DNA of 41,101 nt from Patescibacteria group bacterium UBA6130 (GTDB taxonomy: Bacteria; Patescibacteriota; Microgenomatia; UBA12405; UBA6130): the NCBI GenBank assembly GCA_002428285.1, contig DIVO01000050.1, positions 9,554 to 50,654 on the forward strand, in the 5' to 3' direction. The notes beneath the pieces are model-generated. The model had not been told where the DNA came from. It made no database searches and saw only the letters and a program-made list of their open reading frames with translations. Position numbers and translations under genes: made by a program. This document shows positions 33,281-41,101 of this stretch, one piece after another. Position 1 is the first letter of the stretch. Every line of letters starts with the position of its first letter.

Positions 33281-34663
33281 ATGTCAAATTTTCAAAAAGA
33301 TTCGAATTCAACGCGAACCAAAAATAACAATTTGTCTGATGGCAAAGGCGTCAGAATAAACTTTAAGCTTGCGGTTTTAGCCATATTTTTAATTGCATTA
33401 GTAATTAGCTTGGCTAGCATTTATTCATCAAAAACTAAAGAATTAAAAGAGCTTGATTTTGAAATCGAACAGAAAGAAATCAAACCTCAAGCAATAATGA
33501 TTCTTATTGAATATAAAGATACGGTTGGCTTGGTAAATTTTGTTAATGAGCTTAATAAGAGAAATATTTCAGGACTTCTGCACGTTTCTCCGGAATTCGT
33601 TGAGGCCAATTGTGAAACTATTAATGAACTTTTGAGGTATGATATGGAAATTATGGCTTCTCTTGGGGATGAGCCTTTTTGGGATATTCCCTACGATGAA
33701 CAAAAGAGGATAGTTTCTGAGATGAAAAATAAAATCGAAACCTGTACTGGAGATCCTATAAAGATAATATCTTCACCTTATATGGCTTCAGATATGACGA
33801 CAGTCAAAGTCGCTGAAGAATTGGGAATACCATATGTAACTGCAAGAGGTACAACCGATACCAAGGCTACGGTATATCAAATAGAAGGCTATAAAACAAA
33901 AATACTATCAGTTTCTAATATCCCAAAGGTTCAATATAAATATGGATCTCTTTGCGATTATTCTTATTATGAAAGGTCAGGAACACCAAATGATATGTTG
34001 GCAGAATTAATGAGGGCAATTGAGCCGCTTTCTGATAAGGAAAAAGAAAGATATGGTCCAAATCATAAAGTCACTCCAGTGACCCATACCAACATTGGTG
34101 GATATTTGAAGCCATGGACGGATATGTGGATTAATTTTTGGGACTCAACAGAAAACAAGATCGAATGGGTGGACCTAGACACATTTATGGCAAGTTCCGA
34201 TTGGACATTGCCAGACTGGCAAATACCGATCAATAAAAATGCTCCTTATACTCCTGAGAAAATTAGACCCTTAATCCCCTATGAGGAGGTAGAAAAAGTA
34301 CAAAATCCCTGCAAGGTTGAAAACATTGGTGAAAACGGCTTAGGTGAATTCGAGAAAAATGAACAAACCAATACTGAAAGCAAAATAATAATGTTTCATA
34401 ATGGAAGAGGTTCAATGTGTTTGGAAGCAATTGAATTTTTGAAAACGATTGATTATCCAGTAGAACAATTTTTAGATACCGATGAAGGTTTTAACAATCG
34501 ATTAGACGAATTAAGGACGAAGTTTGGCGAGAGCGAGGGGGTTTCCCAATCATTTGGTTACTATCCGATTATATTTATTAATGACAGAGCATTTTCGGGA
34601 TTTAATGAGGAAGTAAAAAGTCAGATAATAAAGGAAATTACAGAATATAATATGCAGGGGTAA
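33281..34663 (+). CDS. Membrane-anchored hypothetical protein (460 aa) with a thioredoxin-fold-like C-terminal ~90 aa
   Basis: One TM helix (LAVLAIFLIALVISLASIY). C-terminal IIMFHNGRGSMCLEAIEFLK...YYPIIFINDRAFSGF has glutaredoxin/DUF411-like topology but only one Cys. This call is tentative. Confidence 0.55.
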   Translation: MSNFQKDSNSTRTKNNNLSDGKGVRINFKLAVLAIFLIALVISLASIYSSKTKELKELDFEIEQKEIKPQAIMILIEYKDTVGLVNFVNELNKRNISGLLHVSPEFVEANCETINELLRYDMEIMASLGDEPFWDIPYDEQKRIVSEMKNKIETCTGDPIKIISSPYMASDMTTVKVAEELGIPYVTARGTTDTKATVYQIEGYKTKILSVSNIPKVQYKYGSLCDYSYYERSGTPNDMLAELMRAIEPLSDKEKERYGPNHKVTPVTHTNIGGYLKPWTDMWINFWDSTENKIEWVDLDTFMASSDWTLPDWQIPINKNAPYTPEKIRPLIPYEEVEKVQNPCKVENIGENGLGEFEKNEQTNTESKIIMFHNGRGSMCLEAIEFLKTIDYPVEQFLDTDEGFNNRLDELRTKFGESEGVSQSFGYYPIIFINDRAFSGFNEEVKSQIIKEITEYNMQG

Positions 34664-34692
34664 GAAATTTTCATTTTTATCTTATTTTTAAA

Positions 34693-35025
34693 TCAACTAC
34701 CCCAATTTGTAAAAACACCAACTGCCAACTCTGCCCATAACCACATAAACGCCAATGCAAGAGCAATTCCAATGATGAGTCGGTGTTTACTCACCCTTCT
34801 TGCTACTAATACATATAAAGAACCCGAACCAAAGAGAAGAATTCCCATAATTATGAAATCAGATTGAGTCCAAACCACCTTATCAGAAACTGAATTTCCT
34901 GGGTCAGGAAACCGCCAGTCAAACTTCATTGCCAGGAAAGGTAATAGCAATAAAAAAGCTGTTGTCAGCGCAATCCAGAAGAAAATTTTGTTTTGCATTA
35001 TGATGCCGCAATTTTTAGTTTTCAT
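34693..35025 (-). CDS. Small membrane protein (3 TM)
   Basis: Hydrophobic ORF. The start may be the internal ATG at 34998 (MQNKIFFW..). Confidence 0.5.
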   Translation of the reverse strand: MKTKNCGIIMQNKIFFWIALTTAFLLLLPFLAMKFDWRFPDPGNSVSDKVVWTQSDFIIMGILLFGSGSLYVLVARRVSKHRLIIGIALALAFMWLWAELAVGVFTNWGS

Positions 35026-35116
35026 GTTATATTTGCTTCCAATTTTATTGTACCAAACAATTTAAGAGATATTTTATAGTTTGGAAAAATAAATATTTCA
35101 TCTGTTACAATATGCT

Positions 35117-35371
35117 ATGAATAATTTAACTTCCTTTTTAAATCAGCCTCAGTTTTTTATTCCTTTCCTCATCTGGAGCTTTTTCTGGAAAGGATTGGCA
35201 CTCTGGAAATCAGCCAGCAAAAAACAACTCATTTGGTTTATTGGATTGCTTGTCATTAATACCTCAGGTTTATTAGAAATTGCTTACATTTTCTTTCTCA
35301 ATCGTTGGGATATTGATAATGGCAAAACACTAAAATTTATTGAAGAGAAGATAAAACAGATTAAAAAATAG
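35117..35371 (+). CDS. DUF5652-like small membrane protein
   Basis: FWKGLALWKSASKKQLIWFIGLLVINTSGLLEIAYIFF is a pattern I recall as a CPR-enriched DUF5652 family. Confidence 0.6.
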   Translation: MNNLTSFLNQPQFFIPFLIWSFFWKGLALWKSASKKQLIWFIGLLVINTSGLLEIAYIFFLNRWDIDNGKTLKFIEEKIKQIKK

Positions 35372-35410
35372 CCTTCTTAATATAAAGTTTTTTTCAAATA
35401 TTAAGAATTT

Positions 35411-35722
35411 ATGAAGAACGTAATATACTGGTTTCCTCGTATTGTTGCAATCTTATTCATTTGTTTTATTGGACTATTCGCTCTAGATGTTTTTGAAGAA
35501 CCTCAGTGGTTTTTAACCTTATTAATACATCTAATTCCTAATTATATTTTGATTATCCTAACCGTGATTGCCTGGAAAAATGAAATACTTGGAGGTCTCT
35601 TATTTATTTTGGCTGGTTTAATCGTGTTGGGAGTTTATCAATCGGGAATGTTAATTTTAGCCATTCCTCCAATTTTAATTGGGACTCTTTTTTTAGTTAG
35701 CAGATATTCTTCAAAGAAATAA
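35411..35722 (+). CDS. Small membrane protein (3-4 TM)
   Basis: Hydrophobic ORF. No motif. Confidence 0.5.
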   Translation: MKNVIYWFPRIVAILFICFIGLFALDVFEEPQWFLTLLIHLIPNYILIILTVIAWKNEILGGLLFILAGLIVLGVYQSGMLILAIPPILIGTLFLVSRYSSKK

Positions 35723-36078
35723 AGACTAGAGATTGCTCAATAATTTCACCAGAAGTTTAAAAATGTTACTTAAACTTGAAAAAACAGCTAGAGCAAAAAC
35801 CAGCGATGAGAGATTTAAAACAGCAAGAGGTATGAAATTATTTAAACAACCTTCAATTATTAAAAATACTACCTACTTCTAAACAATTGGTTAAAATGAA
35901 GCCGGTTTTGATAGTTTGAACAATTGAACGACCCAACTTAGGGTGATTAAAATATGACCTAAATAGGATATGGTTATTTTTCATTTGAAATTTGCCAAAC
36001 AAGCCCAAAGGGCAGTAGCAATAGTTATAAAAAAGAGTAAGTAAAGTCTTGCTGTAAAAAATATGGTATAAATTTAAT

Positions 36079-36450
36079 ATGGTTGAAAGGTTGATGGCTC
36101 AAGAGACGATTGGGGCGGTTGATAGGTATAGAATGTCGGGAGGCATTCTTGATAAAAGAAGTATTGATAAGGCCCAGGGAGTTTTATTAGCACTAGTCAG
36201 AGGAGAAGAGTTGGAACCAGTGAAAAAAACTTGTTTGTTGCAAGCGGATCATTGGTCTAAGGTCTGCCAAATTCCTATCACGCCAGAACAAAAATATCTT
36301 TATGCAACTTTAAGAGATGATATGCCAGTTGAAAGTGATGAAAATGTTAATTTATCATCTGGAGATATAGGAACATTGCCAGCATGGAAATTGGGAGATA
36401 GAGAACTTTTTATACAGGTAAATATTTTAACGGATGTTATAGGTTTTTAA
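36079..36450 (+). CDS. Hypothetical protein (123 aa)
   Basis: Clean ORF. No motif. Confidence 0.45.
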   Translation: MVERLMAQETIGAVDRYRMSGGILDKRSIDKAQGVLLALVRGEELEPVKKTCLLQADHWSKVCQIPITPEQKYLYATLRDDMPVESDENVNLSSGDIGTLPAWKLGDRELFIQVNILTDVIGF

Positions 36451-36669
36451 TACCTCCAAATCCTCAATTCAGTATGAAAAATACTTTTTAAAGAGAAGTA
36501 TGCTATAATTAAACATTCTCGCGCAGATTGAAGAAATTCATCTGCTTAAAATTAAGTTTTTTGAGTTAGCCAAGATAAAGATACTCTAAATTTTCACTTC
36601 GTATCTTCTCAGCCTATTCATTAGTTTACGTCTTAAGCAGTTTTGTTTCTTCAAGCGTGGGAAATTATT

Positions 36670-37860
36670 ATGAATAACCACTATCAAAGAAGAAATCAGT
36701 ACTATCGTAAACCAAATAATCAAAATGGTTGGCAGTCACGTAATCAGCCAGCTACACCTTCTTATAATCCTATGATGTTTGTCAGAAAGATGCCAGTTCA
36801 GGAAATTCAATTAAACACATATGAGCCAAAGAATAATTTTTCTGATTTTAACGTTAATCCGTTATTGAAAGAGAATATATCTAAAAAGGGGTATTTAAAA
36901 CCAACAGAAATTCAAGATCAAGCTATTCAACCCTTACTTGACGGCAGAGATGTTGTTGGAATTGCTTCAACGGGTACGGGAAAAACTGCGGCTTTTTTAA
37001 TACCATTGATCAATAAAGTATTATCTGATCGTAGTCAAAGAGTACTTATCATTACGCCAACAAGAGAACTTGCGATGCAAGTTGAACAAGAAGCGAGAAT
37101 GCTTGCGAAAGGAACTTCTATTCAATCTATAATCTGTATTGGCGGAGAAAGTATCGGAAAGCAAATAAGAGGTCTTAATAGTAATCCCAACTTCATTGTT
37201 GGCACACCCGGAAGACTACTTGATCTGGGAATGAGAAATAAAATAAATTTTTATTCTTTCAAAAATATTGTCTTGGATGAAGTAGACAGAATGCTAGATA
37301 TGGGTTTTATCAAGGATATTTCTTTTATAATTTCAAAGTTATCAGACAATAGACAATCTTTATTTTTCTCAGCAACTCTTCCTAAAAAAGCAGAAGATAT
37401 TGCCAGGAGATTCTTAAAAAATCCGGTAGTAATTACCCTAAAGACTCAAACTGCTTCTGAAAACATAGATCAGGATATAGTTAAAATCAAAGGGAGAAAC
37501 AAGCCTGAGGTTTTATTGGAGCTGTTAAATCAGCAAGAGTTAAAAAAAGTTTTGGTGTTCGGAAGGACAAAAAGAGGAATTGAAAAACTTGGCAAAGAAC
37601 TTAATAATCATGGAGTGAAAGCCGCAGTTATTCATGGAAATAAATCTCAAGGACAAAGAAAAAGAGCGCTTGAAGAGTTTAGAAGTAACAAGGTAAGCAT
37701 TTTATTGGCCACAGATTTAGCCTCACGAGGTTTGGATATTGACAACATTACCCATGTTATTAACTATGACCTTCCTCAATCTTATGAGGATTATATTCAT
37801 AGGATTGGAAGAACAGGCAGAGCTAGCCGAACAGGATTTGCACTTACTTTTATCGACTAA
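36670..37860 (+). CDS. DEAD-box ATP-dependent RNA helicase (motif II reads DEVD)
   Basis: Q-motif region PTEIQDQAI, motif I ASTGTGKTAAF, Ia PTRELA, II LDEVDRML, III SAT, VI HRIGRTGRA. ATG 36670 is preferred over the track start at 36643. Confidence 0.93.
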   Translation: MNNHYQRRNQYYRKPNNQNGWQSRNQPATPSYNPMMFVRKMPVQEIQLNTYEPKNNFSDFNVNPLLKENISKKGYLKPTEIQDQAIQPLLDGRDVVGIASTGTGKTAAFLIPLINKVLSDRSQRVLIITPTRELAMQVEQEARMLAKGTSIQSIICIGGESIGKQIRGLNSNPNFIVGTPGRLLDLGMRNKINFYSFKNIVLDEVDRMLDMGFIKDISFIISKLSDNRQSLFFSATLPKKAEDIARRFLKNPVVITLKTQTASENIDQDIVKIKGRNKPEVLLELLNQQELKKVLVFGRTKRGIEKLGKELNNHGVKAAVIHGNKSQGQRKRALEEFRSNKVSILLATDLASRGLDIDNITHVINYDLPQSYEDYIHRIGRTGRASRTGFALTFID

Positions 37861-37945
37861 TAATAGTAGTGACAGTGTTTGTTTTGCTATTTAAATTTAC
37901 TAAGCATATAATATTATAAGTTAGAAAATTTTTATAAGGTAAATT

Positions 37946-38401
37946 ATGAACAATTTTGATTTTGGTGATAGATCAAGGGGCGGTAGAGATTCGTTTAAAA
38001 GAGGTTACGGAGATTCCGGCAGACCATCAATGCATGATGCGGTGTGTGATGAATGTGGCAGAAATTGTCAGGTTCCTTTCAGACCAACTGGAGATAAGCC
38101 AATATATTGCAGTGAATGTTTTGAAAAAAGAGGCGGCGGAGGAGACAAAAATAGATCTGACCGCAGAGGTTCTTTCAGACAAGATTCCGGAGATAGAAAT
38201 CCTAGCAGATCACAAAACAATATGAGTGAACGTGCTATTCAGGACTTAACTGGGAAAATCAACGTTTTAAATAGTAAACTTGACAAAATTATCAGCCTTT
38301 TAGCAGAAGTTGAACAAAAGAAATCAGCTTCGACTGATAGTGTGCCTGAAAAGAAAAGTAAATCAAAACCGAAGAAAGCAAAAGCTAAAAAAGCTTCTTA
38401 A
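37946..38401 (+). CDS. CxxC-x17-CxxC domain protein with a basic/low-complexity tail
   Basis: CDECGRNCQVPFRPTGDKPIYCSECF matches the CxxC-x17-CxxC domain that is commonly encoded next to DEAD-box helicases (recalled). Confidence 0.8.
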   Translation: MNNFDFGDRSRGGRDSFKRGYGDSGRPSMHDAVCDECGRNCQVPFRPTGDKPIYCSECFEKRGGGGDKNRSDRRGSFRQDSGDRNPSRSQNNMSERAIQDLTGKINVLNSKLDKIISLLAEVEQKKSASTDSVPEKKSKSKPKKAKAKKAS

Positions 38402-38558
38402 TTGGCGATTAAGCTAAGAAAATAATTGACTCACGCTAATAAACTCGATTTTTGTTTCTTCATAACACGATCTTGTGGAAGAATTCTTCTATTTCAAGCA
38501 TTTGTGAGAAAAACCAGTGCGGATTTTTGGTCTGCAATAATTTTTCAGATAGATTCAT

Positions 38559-39668
38559 ATGAATAAGTTAACCCGTTTTGACGTTTTAGTAGTTTACAAT
38601 GGAGCTCTTGCTGCCAGCGCTTCAGGAGTTTCCAATGATAAGACTAAGCCGTTTCTAGAAGGTTCTCGCAAAGAATCATATAATGATGTTTACGGATACT
38701 TCCTTGAAATTTGTCAAAAGTTTAATTTGGAGGCAGCTTTTACCACCTCGGCTGATATTACCGGAGCAGGTTATTGCAAAAGTTTTTGGCAATACAAAAA
38801 AAAGAGATGGATAAAGAGAAATTCCCCTTGTTATTCTAAATTAATATTTGACAAGTTTTCTCCCACCAGAGAAAGTATTAGACTTCAGCGAAATTTAATG
38901 TTTTCGTTAGTTGAGATTAAACCATTTAACAATCCAGAAGTTTATAAATTGTTTTTTGATAAACAAAAAACTTACGATGAATTTTCTGATCGTTCTATCC
39001 CCACTGTTCCTTTGATTGGAGATATTAAAAATGCCTGTAATGCTTTAAAAAAACTAGTTTGCGAGCATCCCAACCAGATTGATTTTAGCTCAGATATAAT
39101 TATGAAAGATAGATTTGGCGCAGGAGGGCGGAATGTATTTAAATTCAAATCTGGTCAATTAGAAGATATGCTGACAATTCTCAATAGAAACACAAAAATT
39201 TCATATATTATTCAGCCATTTGTTAAGTTTGATAAGGGGTTTGTCTACGATAATAATTCTACTTCCACTGACATTCGCCTCATTTATCTAAAAGGAAAAA
39301 TCGTTCAATCTTATATCAGGACGGCAAAATCTGGAGAATTTTTGTGCAATGAACATAAGGGGGGATTATTAACCTATTTACCGCTTCGAGAAATCCCTTC
39401 TAAGCTTGTAGAGATGTCAGAATCAATCGCTAAAGAATTGAGTAAAGATCAATCTCTTTACGCTCTTGATTTTATTATTAGCAATAGCGGCAAAGTGTAT
39501 TTACTTGAAGGAAATTCTCAACCTGGTCTTGACTGGAATACTTCTCTTAAAACGAATGAAATAGAAGCCAAAAAACTAATCAATTTAATTATTGCAGATA
39601 TAGTTGATAAGACCAAGACTCAAGGAATATCCCGTTCGATTTCTCGTGTTTCAAATTATATCAACTGA
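38559..39668 (+). CDS. ATP-grasp domain protein
   Basis: MKDRFGAGGRNVF (Gly-rich ATP loop) and ..ALDFIISNSGKVYLLEGNSQPG (the Mg/ATP-binding E-x-N of ATP-grasp). Confidence 0.75.
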   Translation: MNKLTRFDVLVVYNGALAASASGVSNDKTKPFLEGSRKESYNDVYGYFLEICQKFNLEAAFTTSADITGAGYCKSFWQYKKKRWIKRNSPCYSKLIFDKFSPTRESIRLQRNLMFSLVEIKPFNNPEVYKLFFDKQKTYDEFSDRSIPTVPLIGDIKNACNALKKLVCEHPNQIDFSSDIIMKDRFGAGGRNVFKFKSGQLEDMLTILNRNTKISYIIQPFVKFDKGFVYDNNSTSTDIRLIYLKGKIVQSYIRTAKSGEFLCNEHKGGLLTYLPLREIPSKLVEMSESIAKELSKDQSLYALDFIISNSGKVYLLEGNSQPGLDWNTSLKTNEIEAKKLINLIIADIVDKTKTQGISRSISRVSNYIN

Positions 39669-39677
39669 TATAGTTCT

Positions 39678-40250
39678 TTATCTAATTAAATTAAGAATGC
39701 CGATCAACTTGTCCTGGTTTAAGTAGATAATGACGATAGTAAATGTCCAAACGAGAGGAAAGACAATGAGGTTTTCAAAAAATTTTCCCGTCCTAATCCG
39801 GAGTCTTTTTACCGGTGGGATACCTATTGTCATTTTTAATGGAAATAACAGTGGAAGACCCTCTTTTGTAAAAGCATCTGCGGCAAGATGGGAGATGTAG
39901 CCGATCATCAAAGCGGTTAAAATTATTTGTGGATTGATAAAGCTGGGATTAAGTAATTTTTCTAAAACGACTTGTAATAACTTGTAGATTACAAGGGTGC
40001 CCAGAATTGAATGTGAAAGAGTTCTGTGTTTGTAGAAAACTCCTCTAAATATTCTTCCCGCAAAATTTCCTGCCGGTAGAAAATCCCATAGCTTATTTCC
40101 TGCTTGGTCCATATCCGGGATAATTGAGCCAATATCGGCGGCAATTATGGAGAAAATAAAAGTCAGGAGATTTAATGAGACAGGGGGGGATAGAATAGCT
40201 GCACTTGTAAGACTGGCAAAAGCAATGGCATCATGTGTTCGATTGGTCAT
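39678..40250 (-). CDS. Membrane-bound metal-dependent hydrolase (YdjM/DUF457-like)
   Basis: N-terminal THD.., HRTLSHS and ..HLAADAFT motifs on a multi-TM scaffold. Confidence 0.7.
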   Translation of the reverse strand: MTNRTHDAIAFASLTSAAILSPPVSLNLLTFIFSIIAADIGSIIPDMDQAGNKLWDFLPAGNFAGRIFRGVFYKHRTLSHSILGTLVIYKLLQVVLEKLLNPSFINPQIILTALMIGYISHLAADAFTKEGLPLLFPLKMTIGIPPVKRLRIRTGKFFENLIVFPLVWTFTIVIIYLNQDKLIGILNLIR

Positions 40251-40478
40251 AAGTTATTATATGACTTTTCAAGAATTCATCGTAACCTGGTTGATAAGAT
40301 TTTAAGAATATTGAATGTAATAGAGAAATTTAATTGGAATTTTAGTCAGAGATATTATTGGATTCATGTAGAGTTACTTAATAATAGTTGACTTTTGACT
40401 TTATATTCTTAACAATAACTTAAGCAATTTATAATATAGAAACAGAAACCTTTATTTATTATTTTATTAAGGAGAAAA

Positions 40479-40775
40479 ATGACCAATTCTAATTCGTCTA
40501 ATACGTCGGCGGTAGTTGCTTATTTGTTGGGTCCTATTTATTTGCTTTTAGAGAAAAAGGATAAAAATTTAAGGTTTTATGCTCTTCAAGCAACCTTTTT
40601 ATGGTTGGTAGTTGTAGCTGCGAATGTAATTTTAAATCTAGTTAACTTTTGGGCTTTAACCAACATTGTTGGCATGGTTGCGTTTATTGTTTGGTTATAT
40701 TTAACCTTCAAGGCATATCAAGGCGAAAAAATAGTTCTGCCAGTAATAGGTGAGTATGCTCAAAAGTATGCTTAA
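40479..40775 (+). CDS. DUF4870-like small membrane protein
   Basis: ..RFYALQATFLW.. and 2-3 TM helices. AAGGAG RBS. Confidence 0.6.
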   Translation: MTNSNSSNTSAVVAYLLGPIYLLLEKKDKNLRFYALQATFLWLVVVAANVILNLVNFWALTNIVGMVAFIVWLYLTFKAYQGEKIVLPVIGEYAQKYA

Positions 40776-40821
40776 CTAAAGAATTTACTTAAGGTTTATT
40801 CTTGCATCGGACAATTAATAG

Positions 40822-40851
40822 GCTGAAAGCTCTTCTGTTTCAGCTGTTTTT
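40822..40851 (+). terminator. Rho-independent terminator
   Basis: GCTGAAA-gctcttctg-TTTCAGC followed by TGTTTTT. Confidence 0.65.
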
Positions 40852-40877
40852 CAGCTTACGTCGTATAATATACAACA

Positions 40878-41101
40878 ATGAGAATATTAGTTGTTGAAGA
40901 TGAACATCGTATTGCCAACACAATTAAAGAAGGACTTGAACAAGAAAGATATGCTGTGGATGTTGCTTATGATGGAGAGGCGGGATATGACCTGGCATCC
41001 ACTGAAGACTACGATGTGATAGTCTTAGATTTGATGCTGCCAAAAATGGATGGTTTGGAAATTTGCAGAAAACTTCGTCAAGAACATATCCACATTCCCA
41101 T
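40878..41101 (+). CDS. Response regulator receiver domain (OmpR-family type), 3'-truncated by the window end
   Basis: MRILVVEDEHRIANTIKEGLEQERYAVDVAYDGEAGYDL...DVIVLDLMLPKMDGLEICRKLR contains the acidic pocket (DD/E) and the phospho-acceptor D in VLDLMLP. Confidence 0.9.
   Translation, partial: MRILVVEDEHRIANTIKEGLEQERYAVDVAYDGEAGYDLASTEDYDVIVLDLMLPKMDGLEICRKLRQEHIHIP

Noticed and set aside
9346-41101. Search by eye for a direct repeat of the tRNA-Asn 3' end (GGTTCGAGTCCTGGCCGAGGAG) to define the island's far boundary
   Set aside because: No copy was seen. GGTTCGAGTCC occurs only in the three tRNA genes. The boundary therefore remains inferred from gene content only.
1-41101. CRISPR arrays, rRNA genes, IS elements with intact transposases and tandem repeats
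   Set aside because: I saw no regularly spaced direct repeats, no rRNA-like conserved strings and no DDE/IS200-type ORFs. Only recombinase fragments are present.
1-41101. Alternative genetic code (UGA or UAG reassignment, as in some CPR lineages)
   Set aside because: Well-defined genes end at TGA (for example 1611..2000), TAG (the Nudix gene) and TAA at the expected lengths, and recognisable domains are not interrupted by in-frame stops. The single in-frame TAG at 20946 is better explained as a mutation.

Overview
This is an AT-rich bacterial window that uses the standard genetic code (TGA, TAG and TAA all end recognisable genes). Genes are small and tightly packed, with GGAGG-type ribosome-binding sites and many small membrane or secreted ORFs. 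That pattern suggests a Candidate Phyla Radiation / Patescibacteria-like genome, but this is inference only.

Layout:
- (1) 1-8.8 kb is housekeeping: tRNA-Arg(CCG), a Nudix hydrolase, tRNA-Ser(CGA), a rhomboid protease, an amino-acid permease and the conserved dnaG-rpoD pair. A repeated hairpin-bearing trailer element follows the tRNA genes.
- (2) 8992-9345 is a tRNA-Asn(GUU) split in its anticodon loop by a ~281-nt group I (IC3-like) intron.
- (3) 9.35-19.2 kb, directly downstream of that tRNA, is a defence-type island. A small HTH gene is followed by a Type I restriction-modification (R-M) operon (hsdR-hsdM-X-hsdS-Y-Z). Three uncharacterised genes (234, 108 and 434 aa) are spliced into the same translationally coupled unit. 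Next come a convergent XRE regulator and a PD-(D/E)xK/DUF5655-like plus FtsK-gamma-like gene pair. This is my best candidate for an undescribed system.
- (4) 19.5-28.1 kb is a decay zone. It holds four paralogous 3'-end remnants of a serine-recombinase gene, three frameshifted genes, one gene with an in-frame amber codon, orphan genes (a 512-aa secreted protein and a 398-aa HExxH protein) and a cold-shock gene.
- (5) 28.3-41.1 kb holds XRE regulators with membrane partners, an SDR/threonine-dehydrogenase-like gene, a cluster of secreted proteins, small membrane proteins, a DEAD-box helicase with its CxxC-x17-CxxC partner, an ATP-grasp enzyme and the 5' end of an OmpR-type response regulator.

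I saw no CRISPR array, rRNA or intact transposase/integrase. All family names come from motif recognition by eye and from memory; no database search was run.
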